A stretch of 64,000 nt of DNA from a bacterium (GTDB lineage: Bacteria > SAR324 > JACQKK01), in assembly GCA_965249525.1 (NCBI GenBank), contig OZ252237.1, forward strand, positions 772,443-836,442, given 5' to 3'. The notes under the pieces are model-generated. The model was not told where the DNA came from. It did no database searches and worked only from the letters and a program-made list of their open reading frames with translations. The position numbers were made by a program, and so were the translations under genes. Below, piece after piece: positions 8,440 through 17,802 of this stretch (position 1 is its first letter; each line of letters opens with the position of its first letter).

Positions 8440-8942
8440 GGTGGGTGCAAACACCCTCTGCCCATCCATCACCGGCGCTGCAATACCTCCTGCTATGCGT
8501 CCATAGCTGCAGGGCATGCCTGGCTGTTAACCAACGCCCATGCCGACAGGCAGTGTTCCTCACTTATGAACCCACAGCCGTCCAAGACATCAACCACATA
8601 GAACATGATAATAATTCACTTACCATATCCCAGGTGACGTTATGGCTGCTATGGTTACCCAAGCAACCCTAACGCATCACAGAAACCGCCCAACCAAGAT
8701 CGGCAAAATCTCAGTGCTGATAAGCACCTTGGCTTCACCGTGCTGGCTTGGCAGCATACATATCCATACCCCGCGACGGGGAGGAACCTGCTAGCATAGC
8801 CTATATTAAGGATAAACACCTGATTTGTCAAGCCAATTTCTGTCTATGCTGTGGGTGCAGGGAGGAAATGGTTGTTATTAGGATTCAAATTGGATATAGA
8901 TATGGATAAGGGGCACGCCAGGAGAGATGATAGTTAAAAAAA

Positions 8943-9617
8943 ATGGGCGAGATTTCCATATCGCAGGCTGCAGAGATGCTTCGGGTGCCGAAGGAGACGG
9001 TGTTGCGCTGGGTGCGTCAGGGAGTGATTCCAACTCTGCCTAGGCGTGGTGGATTTGATCGTGAGATGTTGTTGAATTGGGCGCATTCTCAAGGGCTCAA
9101 TTGTGCAAGTTGTACCCAACAAAAAGAGTTGAATGGTGTGGGGAGCTTGGAACAGGCGGTGCGTTATGGAGGAGTGTTTTATCAATTGCCTGGGAGTTCG
9201 GTAGCGGGGGTATTGAAGGCAGCGGTGAAGCAATTGCCGGTGCCGTCATGGGACAAGCGCATGCGGCAGGAGTTTTTGCGTGGATTGCAGGTGCGTGAGA
9301 GATATGGCGCCACTGTGGTGGCAGAGGGGGTGGCATTGCCGCATGCATCGCCGTGGCGGAACTGGGAGGTGTCTGAGTCATTGGTGGGGGTGTTTTTTTT
9401 GCAGCATCCGGTGCAGTTTGCAGCTGAGTTGCCTGCGGTGAGAATGATGTTGATACCGGTGTGCAATCAGGTGAGTGAATTGCTGGTGCTGTTGAAGGAG
9501 TTGTCAGATTTACTGGCAGATGAACAGGGTAGGAAGTGTTTGCTAAAGGAGATGCCGCCGCAACCACAAGTTTTATTGAGACAGATTCACGATGTTGTGG
9601 GGAGAAGAGTTACCTAG
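8943..9617 (+). CDS. excisionase/MerR-type HTH domain fused to a PTS EIIA type-2 (EIIA-Ntr/fructose class) domain
   Basis: N-terminal ISISQAAEMLRVPKETVLRWVRQGVIP is HTH-like. The C-terminal domain carries the EIIA-2 phosphorylation-site signature EGVALPHA. The 3' end overlaps the next gene. Confidence 0.8.
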   Translation: MGEISISQAAEMLRVPKETVLRWVRQGVIPTLPRRGGFDREMLLNWAHSQGLNCASCTQQKELNGVGSLEQAVRYGGVFYQLPGSSVAGVLKAAVKQLPVPSWDKRMRQEFLRGLQVRERYGATVVAEGVALPHASPWRNWEVSESLVGVFFLQHPVQFAAELPAVRMMLIPVCNQVSELLVLLKELSDLLADEQGRKCLLKEMPPQPQVLLRQIHDVVGRRVT

Positions 9618-11346
9618 GCGCCTGTGGCGCAAGCTGCGTTCTTGGGGATTGGTGCAGGTACATCATTCTGCGGCGATGGAAGCTGCTTTGCTGATGCTGC
9701 TGGCGATTGGGGTGGGTTTGGTGAGTGGTGCTGTGGCGGTGGGGTTGTTTTCGGCGGTGCATTGGAGCATTGGCGCCATGGAGCGGTTTTATCACACTGC
9801 TTGGCTGTTGGTCATTCCTGCTGTGGGGGCGGGGTTAGCGGCGTTTTTTCTGCATAATATTTTGAAGGACAATTCTGGACACGGGGTGCCGGAGCTGATA
9901 CGTTCCGCCTCCTTAAAAGGAGGACAGCTGCGTGCAGATTTAACTTGGTCGCGGGTGTTATCCAGTTTTTTGACTGTGGGGAGTGGGGGTTCGGCGGGTT
10001 TAGAAGGACCCATTGCTACCACAGGAGGTGCTATTGGCAGCTTTGCTGGAAAGCTGCTGCGGTTGAATGAACGGCGTCGCACCTTGTTGTTGGGGTATGG
10101 TGTAGCAGGGGCGATAGCGGGTATTTTCAATGCTCCTTTGACGGGTTCTATCTTTGCCTTGGAAATCATTTTGCGTGAATGGAATGCCCGCACTATTTTG
10201 CCTACATTGTTATCTGCGGTGAGTGCTACGCAATTATCGCGCTTGCTGTTGGGTTCACAGTCGGCATTTTCTATCGCTTCAGCAAGTTTTTCTACACAAG
10301 ATTTGTTTGCCTGCGTTATCCTGGGATTGGCTACAGGAGTTCTCTCTGTGCTGTTTCAGCATGGATTGGTGATAGGAGAACACGTGTTTCAACGTTTTAT
10401 TCGCCAGCCAGGCCTGCGTGCTGGTCTAGGAGGCCTTGCGGTTGGTTCCATGGGTTTTTTTATGCCTGCCGTCTTGCATGACGGCTATATTGTCATTCAA
10501 AGCTTCCTGGACAACATTGCCTCTTACTCTTGGCAATGGGTGGTATTATTTATTCTGGTAAAATTTACCGCTTGCTGCTGTACCCTCAGCAGTGGGGGTT
10601 CTGGGGGGGTTTTTGCTCCTTCCCTGGTATTGGGGGGAGCCACTGGCTTTGGCTTTGGCAGAACCCTGCAATCTATATTTCCCCTGGCAGGCTTTGCTTC
10701 GCCCAATGTATATGCACTTGTGGGTATGGCGGGCATGGTGGCGGGATTAATGCATGCACCTCTTACAGGAATGTTTTTGGTGCTTGAAATCACTGCTGGC
10801 TACCAAATGATCATACCTCTGATGATTGTTTCCGCTTTTGCTATGCTAGTTAACTATTTCTTTGAAGAAGGTTCTATTTATACTATGGAACTCGTCCATA
10901 GCGGTGAACTCACTCCAAAAGGATCTGATGCCCACCTTCTCCGTACCATGGCGTCAAAAGAACTCCTTGATACCGAAGACCTCATCTTGCGCGAACATAC
11001 TTCTCTGGGCGAATTCGTGGAACTCTTCAAGCAAGCCAAACGCAATGTCTTTCCTGTTGTCAGCTCTAACAAAGAATGGCGAGGGCTGGTTTATCTCAAC
11101 GATATTCGCCCCTATCTCTTTGACACCAAGCTATACAGCCTCGTTACCATGGGTGCTATTATGCATAACAACCTCCCTGTTATTCAGCAAAACGAAACTG
11201 CTGGATCTGCCATTCAAAAATTTGAAGAAAGCGGTGCCTGGTCGCTTCCTGTGGTCAATAATAAACGTCGCTACCTTGGTATGATGTCAAAATCTACCCT
11301 CTTTGATCGTTATCGGAGGGAACTCATTGTACATACTACGAAATAA
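9592..11346 (+). CDS. ClC-family chloride channel/H+-Cl- antiporter with a C-terminal CBS pair
   Basis: GHGVPE, GSAGLEGP (gating-Glu block) and GGVFAPSL motifs. The C-terminal ~130 aa look like a CBS pair (FPVVSSNKEWRGLVYLNDI..., WSLPVVNNKRRYLGMMSKS). The start is uncertain; an alternative ATG lies at 9673. Confidence 0.85.
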   Translation: MLWGEELPRRLWRKLRSWGLVQVHHSAAMEAALLMLLAIGVGLVSGAVAVGLFSAVHWSIGAMERFYHTAWLLVIPAVGAGLAAFFLHNILKDNSGHGVPELIRSASLKGGQLRADLTWSRVLSSFLTVGSGGSAGLEGPIATTGGAIGSFAGKLLRLNERRRTLLLGYGVAGAIAGIFNAPLTGSIFALEIILREWNARTILPTLLSAVSATQLSRLLLGSQSAFSIASASFSTQDLFACVILGLATGVLSVLFQHGLVIGEHVFQRFIRQPGLRAGLGGLAVGSMGFFMPAVLHDGYIVIQSFLDNIASYSWQWVVLFILVKFTACCCTLSSGGSGGVFAPSLVLGGATGFGFGRTLQSIFPLAGFASPNVYALVGMAGMVAGLMHAPLTGMFLVLEITAGYQMIIPLMIVSAFAMLVNYFFEEGSIYTMELVHSGELTPKGSDAHLLRTMASKELLDTEDLILREHTSLGEFVELFKQAKRNVFPVVSSNKEWRGLVYLNDIRPYLFDTKLYSLVTMGAIMHNNLPVIQQNETAGSAIQKFEESGAWSLPVVNNKRRYLGMMSKSTLFDRYRRELIVHTTK

Positions 11347-11359
11347 TAACGTCTTTTTA

Positions 11360-11388
11360 TTGACAATTGTTTTATTACTTATTAAAGT
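11360..11388 (+). promoter_or_regulatory. candidate sigma70-type promoter (TTGACA-N17-TAAAGT)
   Basis: TTGACA at 11360-11365, a 17-nt spacer, then TAAAGT at 11383-11388. It lies in the AT-rich stretch after the ClC stop and about 310 nt upstream of the UPF0182 gene. Confidence 0.3.
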
Positions 11389-11460
11389 AAGATTGTTAGT
11401 CCTTCCAGGGGTCAAGACTAGTGGAACGTGCCCTCCTGTTCCTATTTTTGTCCCCTATAG

Positions 11461-11500
11461 AAAGGGTTCGCAGGATTATCCTCCTTCCTGCGAACCCTTT
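11461..11500. other. perfect 15-bp stem / 10-nt loop hairpin (terminator or leader structure)
   Basis: AAAGGGTTCGCAGGA-ttatcctcct-TCCTGCGAACCCTTT. No clear U-run follows on either strand. Confidence 0.5.
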
Positions 11501-11700
11501 CCCCTGTTTAAAGCGTCCTTTGAAGCTTTGCTATGCCCATGAGGGCATGTTTGCCATGAGAAATCAGGCAGGGGGTGGTCTACCCCATGCTTTGGGGCAA
11601 GAATGTTAAAAAAAGCCTTGAAGATGCAGTCACTTTGTGCAAAGTTTGTGAGAGAAGATTATTGGCGAGATAATTGTTTGTATCCCTTTTGGAGATTGGC

Positions 11701-14403
11701 ATGCCTGGTTCACGTTGGTTAATTATTGGTTTTACGGCTTTTTTGCTGTTTTCTTTTTTTAGTGAAAGCCTGCTGAATTTGTTGACGAATTGGCTATGGT
11801 TCGATCAGCTGGGCTATAGCAGTTTGTTTTACAAGACCATTTTTTTGCAGTGGGGGATTGGATTGGCAGTAGGGGGGATAGCTTTTGCGATTTTGTTCTG
11901 GAATTACCGCCATGCTTTGAATCAGCTGGGTGATCCCAAGGCGTTGTTGCCTCCTGAACTGGCAGCTACGCCTTTTTCCAAATTATTTCAGCAAAAAGTG
12001 GGCGATCGCATTGTTTGGGGTTCCAGCATTTTTTTGGCTTTGTTATACGCCTTGGCGGTGGGGGGAAATTGGCATCAGTTGATGCTGGCATTGAATGGAC
12101 AGCCTTTCCTGCAGCAGGACCCGGTATTTCAGCAAGACATAGGGTTTTACATTTTTAACCTGCCTTTTTATTTTCAGCTGCATGGTATTTTTTGGTCATT
12201 GACTTTGCTTTCTTTAATAGGGACCAGCTTCTTTTATGTGCTTAAATTGCAAGGTTTGCGCTACGGCAACGGAAAACGCAATATTGACTCCAAATTTACT
12301 CACCATGCCCGCCTGCATTTGGCCATTCTCACAGCCTTGCTGCTGGTGAGCTTGGCTGTGGGCTCGTACTTGAATCGCTACGCTTTGATGTACCGTGTGA
12401 ATGGTTTGTTTACAGGACCTGGTTATGCCGATATCCACGGCACACTACCCTTGCTGGCATTGAAGACCATTGCGTCTTTGCTAGCTGCAGGGGTGGTGTT
12501 TTATGCCTTGCGCAAGGGTATTTTCCGCTTGCTGGGAGTGACTTTTGCTGGATTGGTAGCAGTATGGCTGGTGAGTTCTGTGTATGTCAATGTACTACAG
12601 CGATTTGTGGTATCACCCAATGAATTGGAAAAAGAACGCCTGTATTTGAAACATCATATTACCTCCACCAATCAGGCTTTTTTGTTGGATAAGGTAGAGG
12701 AACGTACTTTGACCGAGGACACCATCTTGACGGGAAGAGACATTGTTGCCAATCGCGCCACTATCAACAATGTTCGTTTGTGGGATCATGAACCACTGCT
12801 GGAGACATTCGCCCAAATTCAAGAAATTCGCACCTATTATGACTTTGTTTCGGTAGACAATGATCGCTACTACATCAATGGAGAATTACGGCAAGTGATG
12901 CTTTCTCCCAGGGAGCTGAATAGCCAGTCACTGCCCAGCCGCACTTGGATTAACGAACGCCTTACTTTTACGCACGGCTATGGCTTGACGGCTGGACCTG
13001 TGAATCGTGTGAGTTCTGAAGGGTTGCCGGTGTTGTTTGTACAAGACCTGCCGCCCAAGAGTAATATTTCTGAATTCCAAATCACCTCTCCTGAGATCTA
13101 TTACGGAGAACTCTCCAGCAGTTATGTCTTTGTGGGTTCGCAGCAGGAAGAGTTTGATTATCCGCAAGGCGATGCCAATATATTTAGTAAATACAAGGGC
13201 AAAGGCGGTGTGCTGCTGGACGGATTCTTCAAGCGGCTGCTGTTCTCTTTCTATCTGCGGGATATAAAAATGCTGCTGTCCAATGATTTCACCAAACAAA
13301 CGCGGGTGATTCTGCACCGTAACATTCGCCAGCGGGTAGAACGATTGGCACCCTTTTTCTCTTATGATTCAGATCCCTATCTGGTGGTAGCAGATGGTCG
13401 TTTGGTCTGGATGATGGATGCCTATGTTACTTCCAATCGTATTCCTTACTCAGAATATATTCCGCATGTGGGCAATTATATGCGCAATCCAATAAAGGTG
13501 CTGGTGGATGCCCGCGACGGTACGGTGGAATTTTATGCCCGTGAGCCCGATGAACCTATCTCGGCCAGCTTCGGAAAAATATTCCCCAACCTCCTCAAGC
13601 CCATGAGTGAGATGCCAACCACCATTCGGCAGCACATGCGCCATCCGCAGGATTTCTTCTTCATACAAGCCTCCCTCTTTGCTACCTACCACATGCGTGA
13701 TGTCAATACCTTCTACAACAAAGAAGATCAGTGGTCAGTGCCTGTGGTGGAACAAAAAAGGATGGAACCCTACTACACCGTGATGAAGCTGCCAGGTGGA
13801 ACGCAAGAAGAGTTTATCCTGATGCTGCCCTTTACCCCCCGTTTGAAAGACAACATGGCAGCTTGGATGGCAGCCCGCAGCGACGGCGACAATTACGGTC
13901 AGCTCGTTGTGTATCGCTTCCCCAAGCAAAAGTTGGTTTTCGGACCCAAGCAAATGGTGGCGCGCATCAACCAAAATCCTACCGTTTCTCAACAGATTAC
14001 CCTTTGGGATCAAAGCGGTTCCAATGTCATTCGCGGCACCCTGCTGGTGATACCGGTTGAAAGCTCACTGTTGTACATCCAGCCTTTGTACCTGCGTGCC
14101 GAGGAAGGGCGCATTCCAGAACTCAAACGGGTGGTGGTGGGCTACCAAAACGAAATTGCTATGGGTCTGAATCTAGAAGATGCCCTGGGGCAAATTTTCT
14201 TTGGCAGCAGTCGCACAGCAGCAGTCCTGTCATCACTGCAAACATTGGATGGCAGCACCCAAAACCAAACAGGGCTGGCTGCACGTGCCTTGCAGCAATA
14301 CCAATCCATCAACGAAGCTGCCAGTAAAAATGATTGGGAGCGCTTTGGCAAGGAACTCAAGTCTTTGGGGCAAACCCTGCGTGAAATCGCCCGTCAAAAA
14401 TAA
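11701..14403 (+). CDS. UPF0182-family large membrane protein
   Basis: About 900 aa. The N-terminal third has multiple TM helices and is followed by a large soluble region (YYDFVSVDNDRYYINGELRQVMLSPRELN, VIPVESSLLYIQPLYL). ATG at 11701 has GGAG 8 nt upstream. The ORF extends to a TTG at 11674. Confidence 0.8.
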   Translation: MPGSRWLIIGFTAFLLFSFFSESLLNLLTNWLWFDQLGYSSLFYKTIFLQWGIGLAVGGIAFAILFWNYRHALNQLGDPKALLPPELAATPFSKLFQQKVGDRIVWGSSIFLALLYALAVGGNWHQLMLALNGQPFLQQDPVFQQDIGFYIFNLPFYFQLHGIFWSLTLLSLIGTSFFYVLKLQGLRYGNGKRNIDSKFTHHARLHLAILTALLLVSLAVGSYLNRYALMYRVNGLFTGPGYADIHGTLPLLALKTIASLLAAGVVFYALRKGIFRLLGVTFAGLVAVWLVSSVYVNVLQRFVVSPNELEKERLYLKHHITSTNQAFLLDKVEERTLTEDTILTGRDIVANRATINNVRLWDHEPLLETFAQIQEIRTYYDFVSVDNDRYYINGELRQVMLSPRELNSQSLPSRTWINERLTFTHGYGLTAGPVNRVSSEGLPVLFVQDLPPKSNISEFQITSPEIYYGELSSSYVFVGSQQEEFDYPQGDANIFSKYKGKGGVLLDGFFKRLLFSFYLRDIKMLLSNDFTKQTRVILHRNIRQRVERLAPFFSYDSDPYLVVADGRLVWMMDAYVTSNRIPYSEYIPHVGNYMRNPIKVLVDARDGTVEFYAREPDEPISASFGKIFPNLLKPMSEMPTTIRQHMRHPQDFFFIQASLFATYHMRDVNTFYNKEDQWSVPVVEQKRMEPYYTVMKLPGGTQEEFILMLPFTPRLKDNMAAWMAARSDGDNYGQLVVYRFPKQKLVFGPKQMVARINQNPTVSQQITLWDQSGSNVIRGTLLVIPVESSLLYIQPLYLRAEEGRIPELKRVVVGYQNEIAMGLNLEDALGQIFFGSSRTAAVLSSLQTLDGSTQNQTGLAARALQQYQSINEAASKNDWERFGKELKSLGQTLREIARQK

Positions 14404-14497
14404 GCAGCTGCATCAGCCCATCTGAGCATGCCAGCTGTAAGAATGCTTCAACGAATACACACCCCAGAACCCCCCCAGCCATCATCAAGGAGTATCT

Positions 14498-14935
14498 ATG
14501 CAGTCCAACAGCAGTGTGGAAGGTTTGTATCAAGTACTGGCAGACAGCTATGCCCTGTATCTCAACACCCAAGCCTGCCATTGGAATGTAACTGGAGCCT
14601 CATTTGCAGGCTTGCACAGCCTATTTGAACAGCAATACAACGAGCTGGCTGCTGCTGTAGATGAACTGGCTGAACGCATACGGACTCTGGGTGTGGTTAT
14701 AAATGCCTCACTAAAAGCATTTGCTGAAAAGAGTTCTTTACCGGCCATTGCCCCAGATATTCCTGCTCGCCAAATGCTGGAACATTTGCAGGCAAACCAT
14801 CAGTTCGTCTTAAAAAGCCTGCGAGATGCACTAAAAGCTGCCCAAGCAGCCGAAGATGTGGCATCAGAGGATCTATTGACACAGCGCATTGCCTGGCATG
14901 AAAAAACCATCTGGATGCTGCAAGCCCACTTTTAA
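14498..14935 (+). CDS. dps: Dps-family ferritin-like DNA-protection protein
   Basis: LADSYALYLNTQACHWNVTGASFAGLHSLFEQQYNELAAAVDELAERIRTLG matches the Dps ferroxidase-centre helices. Confidence 0.9.
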   Translation: MQSNSSVEGLYQVLADSYALYLNTQACHWNVTGASFAGLHSLFEQQYNELAAAVDELAERIRTLGVVINASLKAFAEKSSLPAIAPDIPARQMLEHLQANHQFVLKSLRDALKAAQAAEDVASEDLLTQRIAWHEKTIWMLQAHF

Positions 14936-15046
14936 GCAACTGAAACCCCTTTGTACAAGGTAGATAACCTTGTGGGGGATGCCATATCTAGCAGCCAAGC
15001 TGTCTTCCGCTTTGGCAAGAGCAGCTTGCTTTTGAAGGTGCTTGTA

Positions 15047-15772
15047 TTATCGGGAAGACTGAACGCTTATTTCTGCACTTTCCAAAATATTGGTGGTATA
15101 GGTACTCTCAAAGCTGTCTCTGGTAACAGCGTTGCTGAGGGCTGGACTCAAGCTGGCTGCACTGATGGCATAGAGCTTAAAGTAATAGGTATGCGCACCA
15201 CTAGGGGGACAAGGGCCTCTCCAGCCTGTTTCGCTGCCGCCCCAACCTGTATTCCCCAGGGTGCCATAAGTGCTCAGGTCGCCGATGACTGTGCGCGGAA
15301 TTTCCCTGAGTGTGTCAGCAATATCGTACAGATTCAGATGCACAAAGTCAGAGCCATCGGGATCATCTACAATCAGAACAAAGCTCTGGGTGCCGTCGGG
15401 CACATTGCTCCAGCTGAGCTTAGGGAAATTGTTATTACCACTGCATTGGGTGCCAGAACCTGCTGAAGCCCTTGAACTCCCATCCCTATGGTCTTTGAAT
15501 TCCGTCGCAAGGGTTTCTCCTGGGTTAAAGCCTCCATCACTGGCACTGGAAGACAGGCTGAAGCTGGGATTGCTACTGGTATCTTTTTTATCCTTTTCTT
15601 TACAGCCGACCACCAGCACAACGCTTAGCAGCAACAAAAGAATAAACACAGTGCCGTTTTTTGCAGAGAAAAAAATGATACTTTGTTTCAGCAGATCTTG
15701 GGCTACTGCAGTCAGCCGCTGTGTTTTGCTTAAACAGTAAATAGCAATGCTGCAAGTAAAGTTGTTTCTCAT
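15047..15772 (-). CDS. YbhB/YbcL (PEBP/Raf-kinase-inhibitor-like) family lipoprotein
   Basis: Lipobox LVVGC follows a hydrophobic N-terminus. PEBP blocks: FVLIVDDPDG, WRGPCPPSGAHTYYFKLYAI. Confidence 0.85.
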   Translation of the reverse strand: MRNNFTCSIAIYCLSKTQRLTAVAQDLLKQSIIFFSAKNGTVFILLLLLSVVLVVGCKEKDKKDTSSNPSFSLSSSASDGGFNPGETLATEFKDHRDGSSRASAGSGTQCSGNNNFPKLSWSNVPDGTQSFVLIVDDPDGSDFVHLNLYDIADTLREIPRTVIGDLSTYGTLGNTGWGGSETGWRGPCPPSGAHTYYFKLYAISAASLSPALSNAVTRDSFESTYTTNILESAEISVQSSR

Positions 15773-15889
15773 AGGATGACTCCATTAAGAGCTAATTAAA
15801 TTAAAATCATTGCCCCCTTATTTATGATACTCTCCCCCACCCGTTTCTTCAAGGAGGCATGCCTGCAAAGGCTTGAAGCAAGCAGCTGC

Positions 15890-16624
15890 TTACTTGTGGA
15901 TGTGCTGCTGCCACATTTGCGTCAAGCTGCGGCAGACGGTTTCGGGGTCGGGGGCTTGCGTGATGGGTCTTCCTAACACCAGCAGGTCTGCACCTGCCTG
16001 CCAGGCAGTTGTTGGTGCAGATGTGCGGTGTTGGTCATCAGCTGGTTGTTCTGGCAGCCGAATACCTGGCACAATACGTTGCAATGTGTGCTGAGGGTCT
16101 ACTTGGTGGACTTGTGGCAATGCATTTGCGGCGCATACCAGCCCGTTCAAACCGCAATGCATAGCCAAATCAGCCAGTCGCAAGACCACATCTTTGGATG
16201 ACGCCCCATACAGCTGCTGGGCTTGGTGTTCATCTAGCGAGGTCAACAGAGTCACCCCAGCCAGCAGTGGGGTTGTGGCCCCTGTTGGTGTTGTGGTGTG
16301 TGCGGCTGCCACTGCTGCCTGCAGCATGGCTGCCCCTCCGCTGCAATGTAGGGTGATGATGTCTGCTCCCGCAGCTGCCAGCACTCTCACTTGGTTGGCT
16401 ACTGTATGGGGAATATCGTGCAGCTTGGCGTCACAAAACACTTTGCCGTAATGGCGCAGCCTGGCTACTAGCTGCACATCTGCCCGCAGCAGCAAGTCAT
16501 TCACCTTAAACCCCCACACCAGCCCTTCCAAACGGCGTGCCAATGCCAAGGCGCTGGCTTCATCTAGGCCATCCAAGGCAACTGCAACGGGCGGAGGGGT
16601 GGTCATAGGGTAGTTATGGGGCAT
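15890..16624 (-). CDS. pyrF: orotidine-5'-phosphate decarboxylase
   Basis: VAVALDGLD..., WGFKVNDLL and DAKLHDIPHTV motifs. Size 244 aa. Confidence 0.85.
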   Translation of the reverse strand: MPHNYPMTTPPPVAVALDGLDEASALALARRLEGLVWGFKVNDLLLRADVQLVARLRHYGKVFCDAKLHDIPHTVANQVRVLAAAGADIITLHCSGGAAMLQAAVAAAHTTTPTGATTPLLAGVTLLTSLDEHQAQQLYGASSKDVVLRLADLAMHCGLNGLVCAANALPQVHQVDPQHTLQRIVPGIRLPEQPADDQHRTSAPTTAWQAGADLLVLGRPITQAPDPETVCRSLTQMWQQHIHK

Positions 16625-16851
16625 CCATGGGGTTTAAGGGCAGCAAGAAAGCTTTTCCAGCGTGTACCATCATACTTGCCAATGAAAATGTATGGAGCTA
16701 ATATCAGCATAGGTAAAACAGCAGCAAATTCAAATCATATGTGTATAATATGGGTTATATCACTCAACTGTCAGTGGGCGTTTTCTATGGTGGGAGGGGA
16801 TTGTATGCAAGGGGAAATCATCAACAGTGACAGCCAGAAGAGAAAAGCAGC

Positions 16852-17802
16852 ATGAAAGAATCAGTTAACAACAATGCTCAGCCTGTGCTGTCTGCTGAGA
16901 AGCAGTCTAAGCAGAACGGACAGAAAGTGGGCAGCTTGCGTCTGAAGACAGGTTTGGCAGAAATGCTCAAAGGCGGGGTGATTATGGATGTGGTGACCGC
17001 AGAACATGCCAAGATTGCCGAGCAAGCAGGAGCGGTGGCTGTGATGGCCTTGGAGCGGGTTCCTGCGGATATTCGCCAGGAGGGAGGTGTGGCGCGCATG
17101 TCTGACCCTGCTTTGATTGAAGCTATTATGCAGGCTGTCAGCATTCCCGTGATGGCTAAATGTCGTATTGGACACTTTGCTGAGGCTCAAGTACTGCAAG
17201 CATTAGGGGTGGATTATATTGATGAGAGCGAGGTGCTTACGCCTGCGGATGAAGCGCACCATGTAGACAAGCATGCTTTTACCACCCCTTTTGTGTGTGG
17301 TGCCACCAACCTGGGTGAGGCACTGCGGCGTATTGGTGAAGGTGCTTCCCTGATACGCACCAAAGGCGAAGCTGGCACGGGCGATATTGTACAGGCGGTG
17401 CATCATTTGCGCAGTATCAATCGCCAGCTGAGCAGCATTGTTCAGTTGGATGAAATGGAAATCATGTCCTCTGCCAAGCAGTTGGGTGCGCCTTATGAAC
17501 TGGTGCGGCATGTCCATCGCTTAGGGAAACTTCCTGTACCTAAATTTACTGCTGGTGGAGTAGCTACTCCTGCAGATGCTGCACTGCTAATGCAGTTGGG
17601 GGCAGAAGCTGTGTTCGTTGGTTCGGGTATCTTTAAATCAGAAGATCCTGCACGCCGTGCCCTGGCTGTAGTAAAGGCTGTTACTTGCTACCAAGACCCT
17701 GAGAAAGTGCTGGAGGCATCCAAAGGTCTTGGCAGGCCTATGACAGGAATTGCTGCTGATCAATTGGAATCCACTGAAAAACTGGCCGCAAGAGGTTGGT
17801 AA
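16852..17802 (+). CDS. pdxS: pyridoxal 5'-phosphate synthase, lyase subunit
   Basis: [35 protein letters not shown] and [30 protein letters not shown] are near-invariant PdxS blocks. Confidence 0.95.
   Translation: MKESVNNNAQPVLSAEKQSKQNGQKVGSLRLKTGLAEMLKGGVIMDVVTAEHAKIAEQAGAVAVMALERVPADIRQEGGVARMSDPALIEAIMQAVSIPVMAKCRIGHFAEAQVLQALGVDYIDESEVLTPADEAHHVDKHAFTTPFVCGATNLGEALRRIGEGASLIRTKGEAGTGDIVQAVHHLRSINRQLSSIVQLDEMEIMSSAKQLGAPYELVRHVHRLGKLPVPKFTAGGVATPADAALLMQLGAEAVFVGSGIFKSEDPARRALAVVKAVTCYQDPEKVLEASKGLGRPMTGIAADQLESTEKLAARGW

Noticed and set aside
8181-8672. 163-aa ORF (and the 79-aa minus-strand ORF 8088-8327) inside the large non-coding gap
   Set aside because: The sequence is Cys/Pro/Ser/Leu-rich with no motif, no SD and no plausible start context. 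I treat the region as non-coding or decayed.
7667-8942. Possible replication origin (AT-rich 10-mers plus DnaA-box-like 9-mers such as TGTGGATAT at about 8126 and CCATCCACA at about 8430)
   Set aside because: I found only about five sites with 7-8/9 matches to TTATCCACA. By my estimate about 3.5 such matches are expected by chance in 1.3 kb on both strands. No dnaA, dnaN or gid genes are nearby.
7667-8942. Known housekeeping RNAs (RNase P, tmRNA, SRP/4.5S, 6S) in the gap, prompted by ACAGAAACCGCC and GGGGAGGAA strings
   Set aside because: The strings occur in the wrong order and lack the GAGGAAAGUCC and ACAGAAnCCGGCUUA cores of RNase P. There is no tRNA-like CCA end or tag ORF for tmRNA, and no SRP domain IV motif.
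14951-15740. 171-aa and 156-aa plus-strand ORFs
   Set aside because: Both are antisense to the PEBP-family lipoprotein gene, which has strong family motifs. They are shadow ORFs.
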